From the NCBI GenBank assembly GCA_964035575.1, contig OZ037838.1, positions 1,054,001-1,118,000 on the forward strand: 64,000 bases of DNA, given 5' to 3'. This document shows, piece by piece, positions 1 to 11,167 of this stretch (the stretch's first letter is position 1; each line of letters opens with the position of its first letter). Source of the stretch: Rhynchopus sp. YZ270_cl-10. Its lineage: Eukaryota. The translations under genes and the position numbers were made by a program. Under the pieces are notes generated by a model. It did no database searches, was not told where the DNA came from, and saw nothing but the letters and a program-made list of their open reading frames with translations.

Positions 1-20
1 TGTACCCCTACTGCGAGTGA
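1..20 (+). CDS. 3' tail of a further Ubl-beta-propeller family copy (truncated by window edge)
   Basis: tgtacccctactgcgagtga matches the family terminus ctgtaccc...gagtga (LYPxxE*). The downstream spacer (112-211) matches that following copy 10 (40591-40690). Confidence 0.6.
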
Positions 21-850
21 TGTTTATGCTTTGCCACCATGTGAAATGGGTGTGGTGACTTGCCCCCTTGTATTCCGTGGAGGCGGAAGAACTGGTGTCA
101 ACAGAAGCCTGCGTCTTGCCACCACACACCTATCCCGTGATGGCAGATCTGCATCCACGAGCAAGACACCGCAGACCACCTTGTCGCAGCCGAACACCAC
201 ATCGCCTCCCGCCAGGCCGCCCTCGTCACCCTCCACACAGAGATGTGCGCCATGGTGAGACCTATTCATATGCTCACTGCTGTTCATTTTTGTTGAACAA
301 GATAAAACAAAAAGCTTGCGTTTCTTTTATCGAACAGATTTTATTCTCCGCCCCGTACCCAAAACATAAACACCACTGTGAATCAGAAAAAATATTTTCC
401 CTTTTCTTTTTTCTTCCACACACGCTTGTTTTTGTGCTTCGTTCATTTTTTATTAAAAAAGCTTTTGTTGCTTTCCTTGTGAACTATGCCTGCGGTCTAT
501 ACGTTGCACCATGCCTCTTGTTTCCCCCCTTTCCCCCCTTGTTTCGAGTGCGAAACGTTTCTCCATGTATTGCACGGGAAACAACATGACAAACAGGTGC
601 AGGGTGGTTCCGTGCTTACCATAGAACCTGGCACCTTGTGTGTCTCCCAAAAACCAAAAAAGCGTTGTGTGTGAAGTTTTGAAGGAAGGAAAAATATAAC
701 CTGTACCCCAGAACTTCTACCCCAACCCAAAACAACGACCCCCATCCCTCGTCCCCTCTTTCCACGTGTCCACCCTCTCAGCTCCTTCAACTGTCCACCC
801 AACAGAACATTAAATTGCATCACACCAACACAGCTCTTGAAATAACGACC

Positions 851-1987
851 ATGGATGTGACCTTTGTGCTGGAAGAGTCAGGCGTGACTGCGACAGTGGA
901 GGTGCCGTGCGAGGCGGACGTTGCAGCGGCAAAGGAGGTTGCGTGCACGGCGCTTGCTGTCTCGCCTGCGTCTGTCGAGATGCGCATCGGCACGCAGGTG
1001 CTGGAGGGGACGTGCCGTCTGCAGGACACTGCGTTTGATGCAGGGGTGCAGGTTGTGCTTGCTCGCCCTCGCTTTGCCGACATCAAGTGTCCTGCTGAGT
1101 ACAGTCTAGAAATGCCAGATTTAAAGTATCAAGCGAATATAGTTCACGTATTGCTGTCTCCTTGTGGAGCACTCTGCCTCTTTACACAGAAGCAAGGCTA
1201 TATCACCGGCCTCGATACAGAAACCTTCAGCCCTGCCTTCAAGTTCAAAGTAGACTTTGAAGTGTACGGTGTGCCTGCCATCTCACGGTGCAAGACACGC
1301 TGCTACCTGCCGTGCAAGGAAGGCGTACACGAGGTTGCGCTTCCGGGTGGGGAGGTGCTCCGCAAAGTTGACGGACCCTCCTCCGCAGTGTTTGCGTGTG
1401 GCGGTGTTGTTATCTCGTTTGAAGGCGACATTGGCGTCTCTGTGTATGACGAAGACCTGACATTGCTCCGCTCTCTCTCGCACAAAGGCTGTGAGGGAGC
1501 GGCAGTGTCGGACTGTGGTGGATGGGTGATCACCTCCTCCGATTCCGAGTCCGACAACGATGGCACCGCTCGTCTGTGGGATGTGAACACAGGTGAAGCT
1601 GTGGCATGTGTGCCTGCGGAGGGGTTATGCCAAGTGGCTCTTTCACGGTCTGCCTCTGTCTTTGCTGTGGAGGGGGAGGAAAACACCGTGCAGCTCTATG
1701 ATTGGAGTGGTGCGGCTCTTCGCAGCGTTGATGTGGGTGGGGATATTGAGAGCATGCAGTTCTCCCCGTGTGGGAAGTACCTTGTGGTCAATATCTCGAA
1801 CATGATGTCTGATTTTTGTTGGGACTTCGACCTTCACCAGTATGATGTGGCGACCATGTCCTGTGTGCGTGTGATTAAGAATGCAAGCAGTTCATCGTTT
1901 GCGATATCCCCATGTTCACGTGTGGTTGTGTTTGGCGAAGGCTCCTCCATTTTCACCAGACATCTGTACCCACACAACAGTGAGTGA
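851..1987 (+). CDS. Ubiquitin-like domain + WD40-like 7-blade beta-propeller protein, copy 1
   Basis: ATG at 851 (MDVTFVLEESG...). 70-aa N-terminus with beta-grasp pattern ending L..G..L.DT......V.L, no terminal GG. Then repeated WD-like blades (ARLWDVNTGE, VQLYDWSG, MQFSPCGKYLVV, HQYDVAT). Confidence 0.85.
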   Translation: MDVTFVLEESGVTATVEVPCEADVAAAKEVACTALAVSPASVEMRIGTQVLEGTCRLQDTAFDAGVQVVLARPRFADIKCPAEYSLEMPDLKYQANIVHVLLSPCGALCLFTQKQGYITGLDTETFSPAFKFKVDFEVYGVPAISRCKTRCYLPCKEGVHEVALPGGEVLRKVDGPSSAVFACGGVVISFEGDIGVSVYDEDLTLLRSLSHKGCEGAAVSDCGGWVITSSDSESDNDGTARLWDVNTGEAVACVPAEGLCQVALSRSASVFAVEGEENTVQLYDWSGAALRSVDVGGDIESMQFSPCGKYLVVNISNMMSDFCWDFDLHQYDVATMSCVRVIKNASSSSFAISPCSRVVVFGEGSSIFTRHLYPHNSE

Positions 1988-2078
1988 TGTTTCGCGAGGG
2001 GTGGGAGGGTGGTGACACCATAACGACTACCACTAACTCAAAAGACATTGCGCCCCCTTTCCCCCTTTTTTCTTGCGT

Positions 2079-2418
2079 CACACCTTACCTATACACCCCA
2101 CAGGCACAAACCCATGGAGATCTATTGTGAAGGTGAACTCTGTGGGAGGACGGGATGTGTGGAGGTCTTACGGACAGCTCCTCTTCCTGTTCCCCTGAAG
2201 GTGCCGAGGTGATCTACACCTCAGTCAAGACACTGCCCGGCAACCGCTGCATCGCCTGCGTCTTCGGCGCAATCGAACTCTGGGACACCGAGAGCCGCAC
2301 CCTCATACGCACCCTGAAGCGCAGTGACAGAGAACGCTTCTGGCAAGACCGTGACTCCGACAGCAGCATCGACGACTTTGAATACGCAACCTGCGACGTC
2401 TTTGGGTCCATCTGCGTC
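2079..2418 (+). pseudogene. Internally deleted fragment of the type-2 Ubl-propeller gene (15637-16949)
   Basis: The 5' leader and ATG (MEIYCEGELCGRTGCVEV) are joined directly to the internal DSSSSCSPEGAEVIY...GSICV segment, near-identical to ~16463-16727. Confidence 0.85.
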
Positions 2419-2587
2419 AAGCTGCATGATGCTGCTTCTGCGACGCAAGCTGCATGTACTCCTGAGGCGTCTTCACAACATTTACTTTTGTGATTCACAA
2501 CGAAAACCACGACAACCATGCAGAACAGAACAACACCTCTCCCCCACACCCTCAACACTGCCCCAGAGCAATAATTAGCCAAAAACA

Positions 2588-3709
2588 ATGATGGATGTGA
2601 CCTTTGTGCTGGAAGAGTCAGGCGTGACTGCGACAGTGGAGGTGCCGTGCGAGGCGGACGTTGCAGCGGCAAAGGAGGTTGCGTGCACGGCGCTTGCTGT
2701 CTCGCCTGCGTCTGTCGAGATGCGCATCGGCACGCAGGTGCTGGAGGGGACGTGCCGTCTGCAGGACACTGCGTTTGATGCAGGGGTGCAGGTTGTGCTT
2801 GGCCGTCGCTTGGCCGACATCAAGTGTCCTGCTGAGTACAGTGTACCACCGCATACGGAACACTTTTTTTTGTCGCTGTCTCCTTGTGGAACGCTTTGCG
2901 TTTATTCCCATAAGGACATGTCCACTCGTGTTGGTGGCTTTGACACAGAAACTTTCGACACTGCCTTCGAGTTTGAAATCGATTTATCTGGTCGAGGTCC
3001 GCCTGCCATCTCACGGTGCAAGACACGCTGCTACATGGCGTGCAAAGAAGGTCTGCACGAGGTTGCGCTTCCGGGTGGGGAGGTGGTCCGCAAAGTCGAC
3101 GGCGACTCAAGGTCAGTGTTCGCTTGTGGTGGTGTTGTTGTCTCGAAGGGAAACAATGGCGTCTCTGTGTATGACGAAGACCTGACGTTGCTTCGCTTTC
3201 TCTCGCATGAAATGTGCACTAGGGTGGCAGCAGCTGACTGTGGTGGGTGGGTGATCACCTCCTCCTCCGTGGAGAAGAAGGCACGTCTGTGGGATGTGAA
3301 CACAGGTGAAGCTGTGGCATGTGTGTCTCTGGGGTGGTGGTACGAAGTGGCGCTTTCACGGTCTGCCTCTGTCTTTGCTGTGGTGGAGGAAAACACCGTG
3401 CACCTCTATGACTGGAGTGGTGCGACTCTTCACAGTGTTGATGTGGATGGGGATGTCGGGGACATGCAGTTCACCCCGTGTGGGAAGTACCTTGTGGTGG
3501 GGGTAAAGTCGGAATATGTTAACGACAAAGGTTGGACTATTGATAAAACATTCCTGCAACAGTATGATGTGGCGACCATGTCCTGTGTGCGTGTGATACC
3601 ATGCAACAGTTCATGGTTTGCGATATCGCCTTGTTCACGCGTTGTTGTGGTTATGCAATCAGATGGCGTCATTGCGACTAGACAACTGCACCCACACAAC
3701 AGTGAGTGA
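2588..3709 (+). CDS. Ubl + beta-propeller protein, copy 2
   Basis: Intact 373-aa ORF with the same Ubl domain and propeller framework as copy 1. Confidence 0.85.
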   Translation: MMDVTFVLEESGVTATVEVPCEADVAAAKEVACTALAVSPASVEMRIGTQVLEGTCRLQDTAFDAGVQVVLGRRLADIKCPAEYSVPPHTEHFFLSLSPCGTLCVYSHKDMSTRVGGFDTETFDTAFEFEIDLSGRGPPAISRCKTRCYMACKEGLHEVALPGGEVVRKVDGDSRSVFACGGVVVSKGNNGVSVYDEDLTLLRFLSHEMCTRVAAADCGGWVITSSSVEKKARLWDVNTGEAVACVSLGWWYEVALSRSASVFAVVEENTVHLYDWSGATLHSVDVDGDVGDMQFTPCGKYLVVGVKSEYVNDKGWTIDKTFLQQYDVATMSCVRVIPCNSSWFAISPCSRVVVVMQSDGVIATRQLHPHNSE

Positions 3710-4070
3710 TGCGTGACAAGGGGAGGGGAGGGGAGGGCACGTTTTGATGAATATAACCCAGAGTACCAACAAAAAACCCAAGGCCCTCAAGCACCCTCAA
3801 GAAACTCCCCTTTCAGCCCTGTTTCTGCTTTTCTCTTGTTTGCCTGCCACAGGTCGCCCAGTCGCCCACCTCACACGCTGCCCATGCGACACTCTCGTGT
3901 GGGTGACAGATCGCGATGCTGATTATCATTTTCCTTTCGTCACCTCTCACAACGAGAACCACCACAAACATGCAACACAGAACAACACCTCTCCCCCACC
4001 TCATCACTCCCTCCGTTTGTGGTGGAGCAAACGTGCTGATTTGCACCTTCTCACGAAGCAACGCAAAAAA

Positions 4071-5150
4071 ATGGATGTGACCTTTGTGCTGGAAGAGTCA
4101 GGTGTGACTGCGACAGTGGAGGTGCCGTGCGAGGCGGACGTTGCAGCGGCAAAGGAGGTTGCGTGCACGGCGCTTGCTGTCTCGCCTGCGTCTGTCGAGA
4201 TGCGCATCGGCACGCAGGTGCTGGAGGGGACGTGCCGTCTGCAGGACACTGCGTTTGATTCAGGGGTGCAGGTTGTGCTTGCCCGCCGCTTTGCCGACAT
4301 CAAGTGTCCTGCTGAGTACAATACAACTCGTAAGGGAAACTCGTCACTGTCGCGTTGTGGAACACTCTGCGTCTATAGTAGCATCGATGGGCATGTTGGC
4401 GGTTTCGACACAGAAACCTTCGACACTGTCTTCTCGTTCAAGGTGGACACACAAAGTGTGTTCGGTCCCCCTGCCATCTCGCAGTGCAAGACACGCTGCT
4501 ATTTGCCGTGTTTGAACCACCTTCTCGAGGTTGCGCTTCCGGGTGGGGAGGTGCTCCGCAAAGTCGATAGCATTTCAGAGTCAATGTTTGCGTGTGGCAA
4601 TGTTGTTGTCTCGAAGGGTGAAGACGGGGTCTCTGTGTATGACGAAGACCTGACGTTGCTCCGCTCTCTCTCGCACGAAGAGTGCACGACCACGGCAGTG
4701 TCGGACTGTGGTGGGTGGGTGCTCACCTCCTCCAACAAGGAGAACAACGCACGTCTGTGGGATGTGAACACAGGTGAAGCTGTGGCATGTGTGCCTTCTG
4801 GGTTGCTGCCTACAGTGGCGCTTTCACGGTCTGGCTCTGTCTTTGCTGTGGAGGGGGAGAATGACAACGTGCAGCTCTATGACTGGAGTGGTGCGGCTCT
4901 TCGCAGTGCTGATGTGGATGGGAGTATCCAGGGCATGCAGTTCACCCCGTGTGGGAAGTACCTTGTGGTAAGGAATATAGACGAGCTGCACCAGTATGAT
5001 GTGGCGACAATGTCCTGTGTGCGTGTGATCCCGCATGGGAGAGTCATGTCCTTCGCGATATCGCCATGTTCACGTGTTGTTGTGGCTATGGAACGAAAAG
5101 GCGTCATTGCGACAAGACATCTGTACCCACACAACAGGAGGGGGGGATAA
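4071..5150 (+). CDS. Ubl + beta-propeller protein, copy 3 (C-terminus supplied by inserted element)
   Basis: Family ATG at 4071. Ends HNRRGG* instead of HNSE* because a TIR element begins at ~5138. Confidence 0.85.
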   Translation: MDVTFVLEESGVTATVEVPCEADVAAAKEVACTALAVSPASVEMRIGTQVLEGTCRLQDTAFDSGVQVVLARRFADIKCPAEYNTTRKGNSSLSRCGTLCVYSSIDGHVGGFDTETFDTVFSFKVDTQSVFGPPAISQCKTRCYLPCLNHLLEVALPGGEVLRKVDSISESMFACGNVVVSKGEDGVSVYDEDLTLLRSLSHEECTTTAVSDCGGWVLTSSNKENNARLWDVNTGEAVACVPSGLLPTVALSRSGSVFAVEGENDNVQLYDWSGAALRSADVDGSIQGMQFTPCGKYLVVRNIDELHQYDVATMSCVRVIPHGRVMSFAISPCSRVVVAMERKGVIATRHLYPHNRRGG

Positions 5151-5925
5151 TTGTAGTGTCGGATAACTGTAAACTGGCGGATATAAAAAAAATTTTTATT
5201 TTGGCGCAACGTGACATAAAGCATGGATGTCCAAAGTACTTGAAGTACTTTTTTCGGATTTTTTATGGTACTTGAAGTACTTGACCCCCCTTTTTTTTCC
5301 TCTCAAAATGACAGTCAAGTACTTGAAGATTGATCAAGTACTTGACAGAAATCAAGTACTTGATACCCTGTTTTTTTTTCTCGTACTTTTTTACTTTTTT
5401 ACCCTCTGGCAGAGTCTGTCAAGTACTTGTTTTCGCAAAAAAAACGTCAAGTACTTGATCAAGTACCCACTTTTTTTTTGTACTTGATCAAGTACTTGAC
5501 GTTTTTTTTTGTGAAAAAAGTACTTGACAGAGGGAGAACAAGTAAAAAAGTACTAGAAAAAAAAATAGGGTGTCAAGTACTTGAAGTATCAAGTATTGGA
5601 TTTTTTGGGGGATCAAGTACTTGATATACTTCAAGTACTTTGGACATCCATGATAAAGGGGGGTGGGGGATAAAACAATTATCCCCCGTTTTTTCTCTCC
5701 CATTTTGTTTTATTTTATCCCCCACTACAGTTATCCCCCATTTCCCACACCGCGTTTTTGGTGTGGATTTTCCTTGGGGATGGGGATATTCAGGTGGGAA
5801 AAAGGAGATTTTTTTTTTTTATCCCCCGCTACAACTATCCCCCATTTTTTGAGAAGAAAAAACTGGCGATATTTTTTATTTTATCCGCCATTCTACAGTT
5901 ATCCCCCACTACAATTATCCCTCCC
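5138..5925. mobile_element. Non-autonomous TIR element (GGGATAA-motif rich), ends approximate
   Basis: Left gggataattgtagtgtcggataactgta vs right tacagttatcccccactacaattatccc (inverted). Many internal TTATCCCC motifs. No clear TSD. Confidence 0.6.
5222..5652. mobile_element. MITE with CA...TG ends and 6-bp TSD, nested in previous element
   Basis: TIR CATGGATGTCCAAAGTACTTGAAGTA at both ends, flanked by ATAAAG on both sides. Interior packed with AAGTACTT palindromes. Confidence 0.85.
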
Positions 5926-6309
5926 CCCCCCTTTTAGGCAGAGGCAGGGGAGAAAACAGACTGTCCAGTCAGTGTGGTTTTACTTAGTGTTCCAGTTTGG
6001 TACCCAGCTGGTTCTGGAGGGGGGGCGATGCTTTCTTTTTTTTCGGGGACATGGCACTTGTGACATATCTGAGGAAATCTTTTAGTCTACGTGAAGACGA
6101 TTCTCGTGCTCCTCACTTCTCCCCCACACTATGTCAATACAACAGGTTAGACCGTTTGGTCTGGCAGGGTTTGGGGTTTCTTCTTATTTCTCTCAGTTCA
6201 ATCTTGAACTATTTCGAGAGGATCTTTTATATTTTTTTCGACAAGAAAAAAAAAAGTGTGCTCTGGATGAGGAAGCGTTCCAACTTTTCAATATCTCCCC
6301 CATTTTTCT

Positions 6310-6700
6310 TAAGTAAGAGAAAACCGAATGGAGTGGGAACGTTAGTGAGAGCGCAGCGGAAACGATAGTGGGAACGCAACGAGATTTTTTCATAATGTTT
6401 TATTCTTCCCCACAAAATATCACGCGCAGAGAAACACTCGTTTTTTCACACAGCACGTCCGTTGTGTGCTTTTTATCAACGACACCTTTTTTCAAAATTT
6501 TTCCTCCCCGGTATCACATATGATACTGTCTTTCCATGGATACACCTGGAAAGGAGTTCCGTGCTATTCACAGAACTCGATAGGCGATTGAGCGTATCTA
6601 ACAACAACCAAAACAAAAGAAAGTACAAAGAAGAGAAGAAAAAATGCAGGAAAAATAGACAAAGAGAAAAACAAAGAGATTTTGACAAAAGGGACAATAA
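6310..6700 (+). repeat. Duplicated upstream region of type-2 Ubl-propeller gene
   Basis: Near-identical to 15210-15600 (taagtaagagaaaaccgaatgg...gagattttgacaaa). Confidence 0.85.
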
Positions 6701-6762
6701 AAATTCGCGATTTTTTCCCCACCCCGATTTATCAACAGAGTGTGTACATTAATATTTTTGCG

Positions 6763-7102
6763 TCACACCTTACCTATACACCCCACAGGCACAAGCCATG
6801 GAGATCTATTGTGAAGGTGAACTCTGTGGGAGGACGGGATGTGTGGAGGTCTTACGGACAGCCCCTCTTCCTGTTCCCCTGAAGGTGCCGAGGTGATCTA
6901 CACCTCAGTCAAGACACTGCCCGGCAACCGCTGCATCGCCTGCGTCTTCGGCGCAATCGAACTCTGGGACACCGAGAGCCGCACCCTCATACGCACCCTG
7001 AAGCGCAGTGACAGAGAACGCTTCTGGCAAGACCGTGACTCCGACAGCAGCATCGACGACTTTGAGTACGCAACCTGCGACGTCTTTGGGTCCATCTGCG
7101 TC
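6763..7102 (+). pseudogene. Internally deleted fragment of the type-2 Ubl-propeller gene
   Basis: Same deletion junction and content as 2079-2418. Confidence 0.85.
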
Positions 7103-7271
7103 AAGATGCATGATGCTGCTTCTGCGACGCAAGCTGCATGTACTCCTGAGGTGCCTTCACAACATTTCCTTTTGTGATTCACAACGAAAACCACGACAAC
7201 CATGCAGGACAGAACAACACCTCTCCCCCACACCCTCAACACTGCCCCAGAGCAATAATTAGCCAAAAACA

Positions 7272-8384
7272 ATGATGGATGTGACCTTTGTGCTGGAAGA
7301 GTCAGGCGTGACTGCGACAGTGGAGGTGCCGTGCGAGGCGAAAGTTGCAGCGGCAAAGGAGGTTGCGTGCACGGCGCTTGCTGTCTCGCCTGCGTCTGTC
7401 GAGATGCGCATCGGCACGCAAGTGCTGGAGGGGACGTGCCGTCTGCAGGACACTGCGTTTGATTCAGGGGTGCAGGTTGTGCTTGCCCGCCGCTTTGCTA
7501 ACATCAAGTGTCCTGCTGAGTACACTACAGAGCCGCAATCGACGTTGTCACTGTCGCGTTGTGGAACGCTCTGCGTCCATAGGAACGAGAGTGGGGACGT
7601 TGGCGGTTTTGACACAGAAACCTTCGACACTGTCTTCTCGTTCAAAGTGGACAATGAAGTGCGCGGTCGGCATGCCATCTCGCAGTGCAAGACACGCTGC
7701 TACCTGGCGTGCGATGAATACCTTCTCGAGGTTGCGCTTCCGGGTGGGGAGGTGCTCCGCAAAGTCAACGGCTCCTCGCACTCAGTGTTCGCGTGTGGCA
7801 ATGTTGTTGTCTCGAAGGGCACAGACGGCGTCTCTGTGTATGACGAAGACCTGACGTTGCTCCGCTCTCTCTCGCACGGGGAGTGCAGGGGCGCGGCAGT
7901 TTCAGACTGTGGTGGGTGGGTGATCACCTCCTCCAACGATGGTACAGCCGTATGTCTGTGGGATGTGAACACAGGTGTTACTGTGGCATGTGTGCATGAG
8001 TTGTGGTGTGAACAGGCGCTTTCACGGTCTGGCTCTGTCTTTGCAGCGGGGGCAAACAACACCGTGCACCTCTATGATTGGAGTGGTGCGGCTCTTCGCA
8101 GTGTTGATGTGGGTGGGGATGTGGTTCTCCATGGCATGCAGTTCACCCCGTGTGGGAAGTACCTTGTGGTGATGATAGAGGTTGCGGAGGGTACCCAGGA
8201 GTTTGGAAGTATACACCTGCACCAGTATGATGTGGCGACCATGTCCTGTGTGCGTGTGATACCGCCAATCTCAGTCTCCTACTGGGACTCCTTTGTGATA
8301 TCGCCGTGTTCGCGTGTTGTTATGATTATGCAACAGGAGGGCGTCATTGCGACAAGGCATCTGTACCCACACAACAGTGAGTGA
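7272..8384 (+). CDS. Ubl + beta-propeller protein, copy 4
   Basis: Intact 370-aa ORF, family framework. Confidence 0.85.
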   Translation: MMDVTFVLEESGVTATVEVPCEAKVAAAKEVACTALAVSPASVEMRIGTQVLEGTCRLQDTAFDSGVQVVLARRFANIKCPAEYTTEPQSTLSLSRCGTLCVHRNESGDVGGFDTETFDTVFSFKVDNEVRGRHAISQCKTRCYLACDEYLLEVALPGGEVLRKVNGSSHSVFACGNVVVSKGTDGVSVYDEDLTLLRSLSHGECRGAAVSDCGGWVITSSNDGTAVCLWDVNTGVTVACVHELWCEQALSRSGSVFAAGANNTVHLYDWSGAALRSVDVGGDVVLHGMQFTPCGKYLVVMIEVAEGTQEFGSIHLHQYDVATMSCVRVIPPISVSYWDSFVISPCSRVVMIMQQEGVIATRHLYPHNSE

Positions 8385-8635
8385 TGTGTGACCAGTGGAG
8401 GGGAGGGAGGGTGGTGATGAATATACCCCAGGGTACCAGCAAAAAACCCCAAGACCCTCACAACACCCAAGAAACTCCCTTTTTAACCCTGTTGCTGCTT
8501 TTCTCTTGTTTACCTGCCACACACCTCACTCCTGTGTGTTAATTGAAGCACGTATTTAACCCACCAACCTTCTTATTTGTCGTTGCGAAGTGACACCACA
8601 ACCATCACATCAAACACAACAGACCCCTTAACAAT

Positions 8636-9760
8636 ATGATGGATGTGACCTTTGTGCTGGAAGAGTCAGGCGTGACTGCGACAGTGGAGGTGCCGTGCGA
8701 GGCGGACGTTGCAGCGGCAAAGGAGGTTGCGTGCACGGCGCTTGCTGTCTCGCCTGCGTCTGTCGAGATGCGCATCGGCACGCAGGTGCTGGAGGGGACA
8801 TGCCGTCTGCAGGACACTGCGTTTGATGCAGGGGTGCAGGTTGTGCTTGCCTGTCCTCGCTTTGCTGACATCAAGTGTCCTGCTAAGAACAGTGTGTGCG
8901 ACAATATCCAAGGCATCGTGCAAAATGTATCACTGTCTCCTTGTGGAACGCTCTGCCTCATCGTGACTGAAGATGAAGGTTTTTCTTGTGTAGGCTTTGA
9001 CACAGAAACCTTCAACACTGCCTTCAAGTTTGAAATCGAAGATTACGGCTTCGGCCCGGGACCTGCCATCTCACGGTGCAAGACACACTGCTACCTTGCA
9101 GGTGTGGATCACTTACTCAAACTTGCGCTTCCGGGTGGGGAGGAGCTCCGCAAAGTGGACCGCCTCTCGAGGGCAGTCTTCGCGTGTGGCGGTGTTGTTG
9201 TCTCCCGACACAAAGACGGCATCTCTGTGTATGACGAAGACCTGACGTTGCTCCGCTCTCTCTCGCACGAGTGGTGCCGCAAAGCGGCAGTGTCGGACTG
9301 TGGTGGGTGGGTGATCACGTCCTCCGAAATCGGGTGCAACGCATATCTGTGGGATGTGAACACAGGTGAAGCTGTGGCATGTGTGCCTGCGGGGGGGTTA
9401 TGCCAAGTGGCGCTTTCACGGCGTGCTTCTGTCTTTGCTGTGGAGGGGCAGAATGACAACGTGCAGCTCTATGATTGGAGTGGTGCGGCTCTTCGCAGTG
9501 TTGACGTAGGTGACGGCATCGAGAGCATTCAGTTCACCCCGTGTGGGAAGTACCTTGTGGTCAATATCTCTTACATGGTATCTGATTATGATTGGAACGA
9601 CGACCTTCACCAGTATGATGTGGCGAACACGTCCTGTGTGCGTGTGATTAAGAATATCAGTGGTTCATCGTTTGCGATATCCCCATGTTCACGTGTGGTT
9701 GTGTTTGGCGACGGCTCCTCCATTGTCACCAGACATCTGTACCCACACAACAGTGAGTGA
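8636..9760 (+). CDS. Ubl + beta-propeller protein, copy 5
   Basis: Intact 374-aa ORF, family framework. Confidence 0.85.
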   Translation: MMDVTFVLEESGVTATVEVPCEADVAAAKEVACTALAVSPASVEMRIGTQVLEGTCRLQDTAFDAGVQVVLACPRFADIKCPAKNSVCDNIQGIVQNVSLSPCGTLCLIVTEDEGFSCVGFDTETFNTAFKFEIEDYGFGPGPAISRCKTHCYLAGVDHLLKLALPGGEELRKVDRLSRAVFACGGVVVSRHKDGISVYDEDLTLLRSLSHEWCRKAAVSDCGGWVITSSEIGCNAYLWDVNTGEAVACVPAGGLCQVALSRRASVFAVEGQNDNVQLYDWSGAALRSVDVGDGIESIQFTPCGKYLVVNISYMVSDYDWNDDLHQYDVANTSCVRVIKNISGSSFAISPCSRVVVFGDGSSIVTRHLYPHNSE

Positions 9761-9849
9761 TGTTTCGCGAGGGGTGGGAGGGTGGTGACACCATAACGAC
9801 TACCACTAACTCAAAAGACATTGTGCCCCCTTTCCCCCTTTTTTTTGCG

Positions 9850-9983
9850 TCACACCTTACCTATACACCCCACAGGCACAAGCCATGGAGATCTATTGTG
9901 AAGGTGAACTCTGTGGGAGGACGGGATGTGTGGAGGTCCTACCGACAGCCTCCTCCTCTGAAGGTGCCGAGGTGGTCTACACC
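9850..9983 (+). pseudogene. Doubly deleted fragment of the type-2 Ubl-propeller gene
   Basis: Same 5' part and junction (ggaggtcctaccgacagc) as the other fragments, then cut off after gaggtggtctacacc. Confidence 0.75.
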
Positions 9984-10050
9984 ATGCAGAACAGAACAAC
10001 ACCTCTCCCCACCCTCAACACTGCCCCAGAGCAATAATAAGCCAAAAACA

Positions 10051-11167
10051 ATGATGGATGTGACCTTTGTGCTGGAAGAGTCAGGCGTGACTGCGACAGT
10101 GGAGGTGCCGTGCGAGGCGGACGTTGCAGCGGCAAAGGAGGTTGCGTGCACGGCGCTTGCTGTCTCGCCTGCGTCTGTCGAGATGCGCATCGGCACGCAG
10201 GTGCTGGAGGGGACGTGTCGTCTGCAGGACACTGCGTTTGATTCAGGGGTGCAGGTTGTGCTTGCCCTCCGCTTTGCCGACATCAAGTGTCCTGCTGAGT
10301 ACAACGTCCGTGCAGAAGGAAAGTTGCTGTCGCGTTGTGGAACGCTCTGCATATACGTTTATCAAGGGAATGTTGGCGGCTTCAACACAGAAACCTTTTC
10401 CCGTGTCTTTGAGTTCGACATACCCGATATTTGGTCCAATGCGACTGCCATCTCGCAGTGCAAGACACGCTGCTACCTGCTGTGGAGGGGAGGCCTTCTC
10501 GAGATTGCGCTTCCGGGTGGGGAGGTGCTCCGCGAAGTCGACGGCACCTCGAGAGCAGTGTTCGTCTGTGGTGGTGTTGTTGTCTCCCAAGAGCGACAAC
10601 GATGGCGTCTCTGTGTATGACGAAGACCTGACGTTGCTCCGCTCTCTCTCGCACGAAGGGTGCAGCGACGTGGCAGTGGCAGACTGTGGTGGGTGGGTGA
10701 TCACCTCCTCCGAAAACGAGAGCAACGCACGTCTGTGGGATGTGAACACAGGTGAAGCTGTTGCATGTGTGCCTGCGGAGATGCAATGCGAAGTGGCGCT
10801 TTCACGGCGTGCTTCTGTCTTTGCTGTGACGGGGCGGAATAACACCGTGAAGCTCTATGATTGGAGTGGTGCGGCTCTTCGCAGTGTTGATGCACGTGAC
10901 TGCGCATGGAGCGGAGGCATCGACAGCGGTGGGGCTATGCAGTTCACCCCGTGTGGGAAGTACCTTGTGGTCAGGATATCTTACATGTCATCTGAAGATA
11001 ATTGCAACTACGACCTTCACCAGTATGATGTGGCGAACACGTCCTGTGTGCGTGTGATTGAGAATGTCAGTGGTGCATCGTTTGCGATATCCCCATGTTC
11101 ACGTGTGGTTGTGTTTGGCGAAGGGCCCATTTTCACCAGACATCTGTACCCACACAACAGTGAGTGA
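10051..11167 (+). pseudogene. Ubl + beta-propeller, copy 6, frameshifted
   Basis: Family sequence is split over two frames (ORFs 9757-10620 and 10124-11167). The shift lies in the variable loop at ~10588-10600 (gtctcccaagagcgacaacgatggc). Confidence 0.8.

Noticed and set aside
3744..4070. N-terminal extensions on family ORFs (copies 3, 6, 7, 8, 9) in the ORF track
   Set aside because: They start mostly at non-ATG codons in spacer DNA and are not conserved. The shared (M)MDVTF ATG is the credible start.
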